From a virus (lineage: Duplodnaviria > Caudoviricetes), in IMG/VR virus record IMGVR_UViG_3300008252_000098, positions 1 through 28,420 of that record: 28,420 nucleotides of DNA; one strand, given 5' to 3'. Position numbers and translations under genes: made by a program. Positions within the stretch are counted from its first letter, which is position 1, and each line of letters starts with the position of its first letter. Below are positions 24,118 through 28,420 of the stretch, in pieces. Under the pieces are notes generated by a model. The model saw nothing but the letters and a program-made list of their open reading frames with translations. It was not told where the DNA came from and did not search any database.

Positions 24118-25974
24118 TTACTCGTTGGCCCAGCTGGGCAGCTTGAATACCCAGAACGAACCGCCCTGAGCCACCGGCTTGGTCAGCTCGGCCATGTCGC
24201 CACCCCACAGCGGCACCGCGCCGCCGTAACCGGTGGTCACGCCGATGTACTGCTCGCCGTCCTGTTCCCAGGTAATCGGCGGGGAGATGATCCCGGTGCC
24301 GGTCTGGAACTGCCACAGCTGCTCGCCGGTCTCGGCGTTGAAGGCCTTGAAGTAGCCATCGCCGGTGCCGGTGAACACCAGATTGCCACCGGTGGCCAGT
24401 ACGCCAGCCCACAGTGGCAGTGGCTCCTTGTGCTCCCAGGCCACGCGACCGGTCTGCGGGTCCATCGCCCGCAGGATGCCGACGTGATCGTCATACATGC
24501 GCTTGATGCGGAAGCCCATGCCCAGATAAGCGGAGCCCTTGGTGTAGCTGACTTCCTCGGTCCAGTAGTCTTCCTTCCAGTGATTGGCCGGAACGTAGAA
24601 CAGACCGGTGTCGCGGCTGTAGGCCATCGGGTTCCAGTTCTTGCCGCCCAGGAACGGGGGCGAGACTTCGATGGCTTCGCTGCGCTCCTGACCTTCTTCC
24701 AGGCGCGGCGGACGCTGACCTTCGTTCTCGATCGGGCGACCGGTTTCCAGGTCAATGCCGCTTGCCCAGGTGATGTTGTCGACAAACGGGAAGGCGTTCA
24801 TCAGCTTGCCGTCTTCGCGGTTAACCACATAGAAGAAGCCGTTGCGGTCGGCGTGGGCCGTCGCGGGTACTTTCTCGCCGTCCTGCTCGTAGTCGAACAG
24901 CACCAGCTCGTTGTTGCCGGAGAAGTCCCAGGTGTCGTTCGGGGTGTGCTGGTAGAACCATTTGACCTCGCCCGTGGTGGCGTCGACGCCGACCTGCCCG
25001 GAGGTGTAGAGGCTGTCGTAGTCGTTCGGGTTGCCATCTTCCGGAGTGCGTGCCCAGCCGTTCCAGGGGGCCGGGTTGCCTGCACCGATAATGATGGTAT
25101 TGGTTGCCGCATCGAAGCTGGCGCTCTGCCATGGCGCGCCGCCGCCGTGGCTCCAGGCCTCGACCTTGCCGGTCGGCGAGTTCGGATCATCCGGCCAGGA
25201 GGGCGCTTTTACGTCGCCGGTGGGGGTGCTGTCTTCGCCGTTCAAACGGCCCATGTGACCTTCGACGAACGGGCGCATCCATACCTCTTCGCCGGTTTCC
25301 GGGTCGCGGGCAAACAGCTGGCCGACCACACCGAACTCATCGCCGGAGGAGCCGTGGATCAGCAGCGCGCGGCCGGTGGCCTGGTCCTGCACGATGGTTG
25401 GTGCGCCGGTCATGGTGTAGCCCGCCTTGTGGTCGGCGAACTTCTTGCGCCAGACCACCTTGCCGGTGTCCTTGTTGAGCGCAACGATGCCGGCATCCAG
25501 GGTGCCGAAGAACACCTTGTCGCCGTAGATGGCGGCGCCGCGGTTGACCACGTCACAGCATGGGCGAATGTCGTCGGGCAGGCGGTGCGAGTAGCTCCAC
25601 AGGCGCTGACCGGTCTTGGCATCCAGGGCGAACATGCGCGAGTAGGAACCGGTGACGTAGATCACGCCCTCGTGGACGATGGCCTGGGATTCCTGACCGC
25701 GCTGCTTTTCATCACCGAAGGAGAAGGACCACGCCGGCGTCAGTTTGAACACGTTCTCGTCGTTGACCATGTTCAGCGGGCTGTAGCGCTGGGCGTTCGT
25801 GCCCAGGCCGTACATCAGCACGTTGTTGGTGGTCATGTGGTCGTTGGCGATGTCCTCCCAGGTAACCGGGGTGGCCGCTGCAGGGCCCGCGACGAGGCCG
25901 AGGCCAGCGGCGAATACCAGGCCCCTGATGGCCTGGCTGACGGGCTTCAGTGCGGGAAGTCTTGTTGTTTTCAT
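24118..25974 (-). CDS. exaA: PQQ-dependent ethanol dehydrogenase, calcium type (ExaA/PedE)
   Basis: Signal peptide, RYSPL, PCCDVVNRG vicinal Cys, Trp-docking repeats, active-site WDFSGNNE (Ser, not the extra Asp of lanthanide enzymes). Confidence 0.93.
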   Translation of the reverse strand: MKTTRLPALKPVSQAIRGLVFAAGLGLVAGPAAATPVTWEDIANDHMTTNNVLMYGLGTNAQRYSPLNMVNDENVFKLTPAWSFSFGDEKQRGQESQAIVHEGVIYVTGSYSRMFALDAKTGQRLWSYSHRLPDDIRPCCDVVNRGAAIYGDKVFFGTLDAGIVALNKDTGKVVWRKKFADHKAGYTMTGAPTIVQDQATGRALLIHGSSGDEFGVVGQLFARDPETGEEVWMRPFVEGHMGRLNGEDSTPTGDVKAPSWPDDPNSPTGKVEAWSHGGGAPWQSASFDAATNTIIIGAGNPAPWNGWARTPEDGNPNDYDSLYTSGQVGVDATTGEVKWFYQHTPNDTWDFSGNNELVLFDYEQDGEKVPATAHADRNGFFYVVNREDGKLMNAFPFVDNITWASGIDLETGRPIENEGQRPPRLEEGQERSEAIEVSPPFLGGKNWNPMAYSRDTGLFYVPANHWKEDYWTEEVSYTKGSAYLGMGFRIKRMYDDHVGILRAMDPQTGRVAWEHKEPLPLWAGVLATGGNLVFTGTGDGYFKAFNAETGEQLWQFQTGTGIISPPITWEQDGEQYIGVTTGYGGAVPLWGGDMAELTKPVAQGGSFWVFKLPSWANE

Positions 25975-26352
25975 GGCAGTTTTCCTGTTGATCGTTGGCG
26001 TGTTCAGCGAGGGCTGATCCACGGCTCATGGTGGGCGTGGTGTCAGGGCGCGGATACGGAAAACAGCCCGGGTACGGCGGGAAAATTGCCCGTACCGGTG
26101 GCGCTTGGTAGCGGGTGAAAGGGAGCAGGACTTAGGGCGGAATGAATTTGGCCCAATGAGTATGCGGTGTTCGGTCGCAGCCGTCCTGGCCGCTCTAGAA
26201 CAAGGGTTTCTGGTTGGGTTCGATGCGGTTTCTACTACCAACGAACTAGATCGCGGCCACCAAAGCAGCATTGGGCCGATTGCGGCTGCTTCCTACCATG
26301 GCCATCGACAGCAATGCACTTGCGCAATCGATTCGGCCACGAGGTGAGCAGT

Positions 26353-26790
26353 ATGAACCATTACAAGAACGCACTGAAGATGACCGCACTCGGCCTGGCA
26401 CTGGCCGCCGGTCAGGCGCTGGCCCACGGCAATGTCACCCCTCAGGCAGTAGATACCAAGGGGCTGGAAGAGCTGGGCACGGAATGGCGCGAAACCAACC
26501 CCTACCGCGAAGGCCACCCGCAGCACGAGCTGGCCATCAAGGTGGGCGCTTCTGCCTACAACCAGAACTGCGCCGCCTGTCACGGTCTGGAAGGTATTTC
26601 CGGCGGCATCACGCCCGATCTGCGCTACCTGGAAGTGGGTGACTACGGCGATGAGTGGTTTAAAGAGCGCGTGATCAACGGCGCGGTACGTGACGGCCGC
26701 GTTTACATGCCGAAGATGGCTGACTTCCTGAGTCAGGAAGCCCTGTGGGCCATCCGCACCTGGCTGGAAAGCGTAGCAGTGGAGCAATAA
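26353..26790 (+). CDS. exaB: Cytochrome c550 (ExaB/PedF)
   Basis: RBS GAGGTG; signal peptide; HGNVTPQAVDT, CAACHG haem motif, MPKM; divergent from exaA. Confidence 0.92.
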   Translation: MNHYKNALKMTALGLALAAGQALAHGNVTPQAVDTKGLEELGTEWRETNPYREGHPQHELAIKVGASAYNQNCAACHGLEGISGGITPDLRYLEVGDYGDEWFKERVINGAVRDGRVYMPKMADFLSQEALWAIRTWLESVAVEQ

Positions 26791-26794
26791 GGTC

Positions 26795-27682
26795 ATGGCC
26801 CGCGCCTGGCTGTTTTGTCTCTGCCTGCTGCTGGGACTGCCAGCACAGGCGTACAACATCACGCACATCCGCGACTACGACGAAATTGTCGCCTCCGGTG
26901 AGTTGCGTGTGGCGCTGTATCAGGACTTTCCGCCCTACAGCTTTATGCAGGGCGGCGAGCCTGCCGGGGTTGATGTGGCACTGGCCCAGGCGCTGGCCGA
27001 CGGACTCGGCGTCCGCCTGAGTATCCAGTGGATGCAGGCGGACGAAACCATTGACGGTGACCTGCGTAACCACCTGTGGAAAGGGCATTACCTGCGTCCG
27101 GGCGAAGTCGCCGATGTGATGTTGCGGGTGCCCTACGATCAGGACTTCAGCAACCGCCGCGATGAGCTTGGTCTGCCGAAGAACGAGCTGGTGCACATGT
27201 TCGGGCCCTACCAGCGCGAACGCTGGCAGGCGGCGTTTGACCCAGGCAAGATCGACGCCGTACCGAGCATCGCGATCTTCCAGTATTACCCGGTCGGGGT
27301 AGAAGAAGACTCGGTGCCATCGTTCTATCTGGGCTCGGTGATGAACGGTCGGCTGGCGGGCATGACCCATCACTACCGCACCCTCAGCCTCGCCTTCGAT
27401 GCGATGCTCAAGGGCGAGGTCAACGCGGTGATGGGCACCCAGGCGGAAATCGACTGGCTGCTGGCGCAGCATCCGCAGGCGGGGATGCAACTGACCGAGA
27501 ACGCCTACCCGAACATCGGCAAGCAGGTGTGGGAGCTGGGTATGGCGGTCCACGACTCCAACCGTCAACTGGCCTACGCGCTGGGTGATGAGGTGGAAAG
27601 CATGATTCTAGATGGCCGGATGGCGGCCATCTATGCGGCGCAAGGGTTGCGGTATCTGGCGCCTGACCGCTACGCGCAGTAA
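26795..27682 (+). CDS. Periplasmic substrate-binding protein of PQQ alcohol oxidation cluster (PedG/MxaJ-like)
   Basis: Signal peptide; GELRVALYQDFPPYSF, GVDVALAQALA, DVMLRVPYD; downstream of exaB. Confidence 0.85.
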   Translation: MARAWLFCLCLLLGLPAQAYNITHIRDYDEIVASGELRVALYQDFPPYSFMQGGEPAGVDVALAQALADGLGVRLSIQWMQADETIDGDLRNHLWKGHYLRPGEVADVMLRVPYDQDFSNRRDELGLPKNELVHMFGPYQRERWQAAFDPGKIDAVPSIAIFQYYPVGVEEDSVPSFYLGSVMNGRLAGMTHHYRTLSLAFDAMLKGEVNAVMGTQAEIDWLLAQHPQAGMQLTENAYPNIGKQVWELGMAVHDSNRQLAYALGDEVESMILDGRMAAIYAAQGLRYLAPDRYAQ

Positions 27683-27698
27683 TAGACTGATCTCCTTT

Positions 27699-27722
27699 GC
27701 CGGCCTCTGGGCCGGCTTTTTT
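27699..27722 (+). terminator. Intrinsic terminator
   Basis: GCCGGCC-tctg-GGCCGGC-TTTTTT. Confidence 0.82.
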
Positions 27723-27856
27723 CTTCTATGAAAGCCGGAATGACAGTAGGGCGGGCTAAGCCAAAGGCGTGTCCGCGTTTTTACTAAATGTGGCCTGTTT
27801 CCACGTAGCCGGGTGTCGGAGTTCCTGTTTTGGGCATTGCGCCGTTGCCGAATCAG

Positions 27857-28062
27857 CGTTTCGCCTTCACGGCGAGCCAAGGGGGGGCGCTTGCTCGGCC
27901 CCCCTTGGCGATCCCCCCGGCACCCGGCTACGCGGCCCTGCGGGTTCGCTGAGTTGCTCGGTTTGGCAGGGGCCGGCAGAACTCGGCTCTACGAGCCTCA
28001 AACAGGCTGCCGTCCTTTTTCATGCCAACCCTGCGCTACTCGCCCACGTAAACGGGACGAAC
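27857..28062. repeat. Hairpin-rich intergenic repeat/MITE-like element
   Basis: Stacked stems TCGCC-ttcac-GGCGA, GCCAAGGGGGG...CCCCCCTTGGC, GGC-tctacga-GCC; resembles dispersed pseudomonad repeats. Confidence 0.45.
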
Positions 28063-28097
28063 TCCGGTGCGCACTCCACCATCTATGTCTTTCTGAT

Positions 28098-28215
28098 GGT
28101 GCCCACGCTCCGCGTGGGTACCGGACTGCTCGGCCGCTCTGCGGCCGGCTGTTCAAATCGGCCGCCGCTCTATGCGGATGCGCAGCGTCCATCCCAGTGC
28201 TCCTGCGCAGAGCGT
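28098..28215. repeat. Degenerate REP-like element (CCCACGCTCCGCGTGGG family)
   Basis: GGTGCCCACGC-tcc-GCGTGGGTACC, GGCCGC-tct-GCGGCC, and decayed inverted copies GGATGCGCAGCGTCC and GCGCAGAGCGT. Confidence 0.55.
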
Positions 28216-28258
28216 ACTTTCTCACCACGGACTTGCAATCTGATAATGGTTTTTGCTT

Positions 28259-28281
28259 TAAATGTTACGTTATAACAATTA
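28259..28281. promoter_or_regulatory. Zur box-like palindrome
   Basis: TAAATGTTACG-T-TATAACAATTA versus gammaproteobacterial Zur consensus GAAATGTTATA-N-TATAACATTTC. Confidence 0.55.
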
Positions 28282-28342
28282 TAGTCTGCCCCGCGGTGTG
28301 CCAGCCACGCCGTTGCCAATACCAAATCGAAAGGGAGCAGCC

Positions 28343-28420
28343 ATGTTTTCAAGCAAGACGCCATTGACTCTGGCGCTGGCGGCGGTGGCCGCTGGTGTCT
28401 CTTCCGTGCAGGCAGCGGAT
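28343..28420 (+). CDS. 5' end of a secreted protein (signal peptide), truncated by window
   Basis: RBS AGGGAG; MFSSKTPLTLALAAVAAGVSSVQA-AD with a VQA signal peptidase site. Confidence 0.7.
   Translation, partial: MFSSKTPLTLALAAVAAGVSSVQAAD

Noticed and set aside
24118-25974. Lanthanide-dependent PedH/XoxF-type enzyme
   Set aside because: Active site is D-F-S, lacking the extra Asp ligand
27769-28367. Protein-coding ORFs 27769-28275 and 27813-28367
   Set aside because: They overlap repeat elements and the AT-rich promoter, start with GTG without an RBS, and have no recognisable motifs

Overview
Positions 1-20689 are the right half of a lambdoid/HK97-like siphoviral prophage in a Pseudomonadaceae-type host. 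It runs portal, head-tail joining and tail genes, tape measure, a GTA-like tail tip, tail fibre, endolysin and Rz/Rz1, and ends at the 3' part of a tRNA-Ser(CGA) gene, the likely att site. The prophage carries four accessory modules. (i) Three translationally coupled genes between the head-closure and tail-completion genes: a CstII/Maf-like glycosyltransferase, a SAM methyltransferase and a KpsS/KpsC-like glycosyltransferase. This is the best candidate for an undescribed system, possibly virion glycosylation with CMP-ulosonic sugars plus a methyl cap. (ii) A P22 immI-like switch: XRE repressor, Arc-like protein, predicted ~68-nt sar-like antisense RNA and Bro-N antirepressor. (iii) A lipoprotein moron. 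(iv) An acrIF11-aca4 anti-CRISPR operon with a palindromic operator and an AlgR-consensus box. After the att site come tRNA-linked ~173-bp repeats, a membrane PAS-GGDEF-EAL gene, a PQQ alcohol-oxidation cluster (pentapeptide protein, Ca-type exaA/pedE, exaB/pedF, pedG-like), repeat elements, and the start of a secreted protein behind a Zur-like box. All family calls come from motif recognition by eye; no database search was run.
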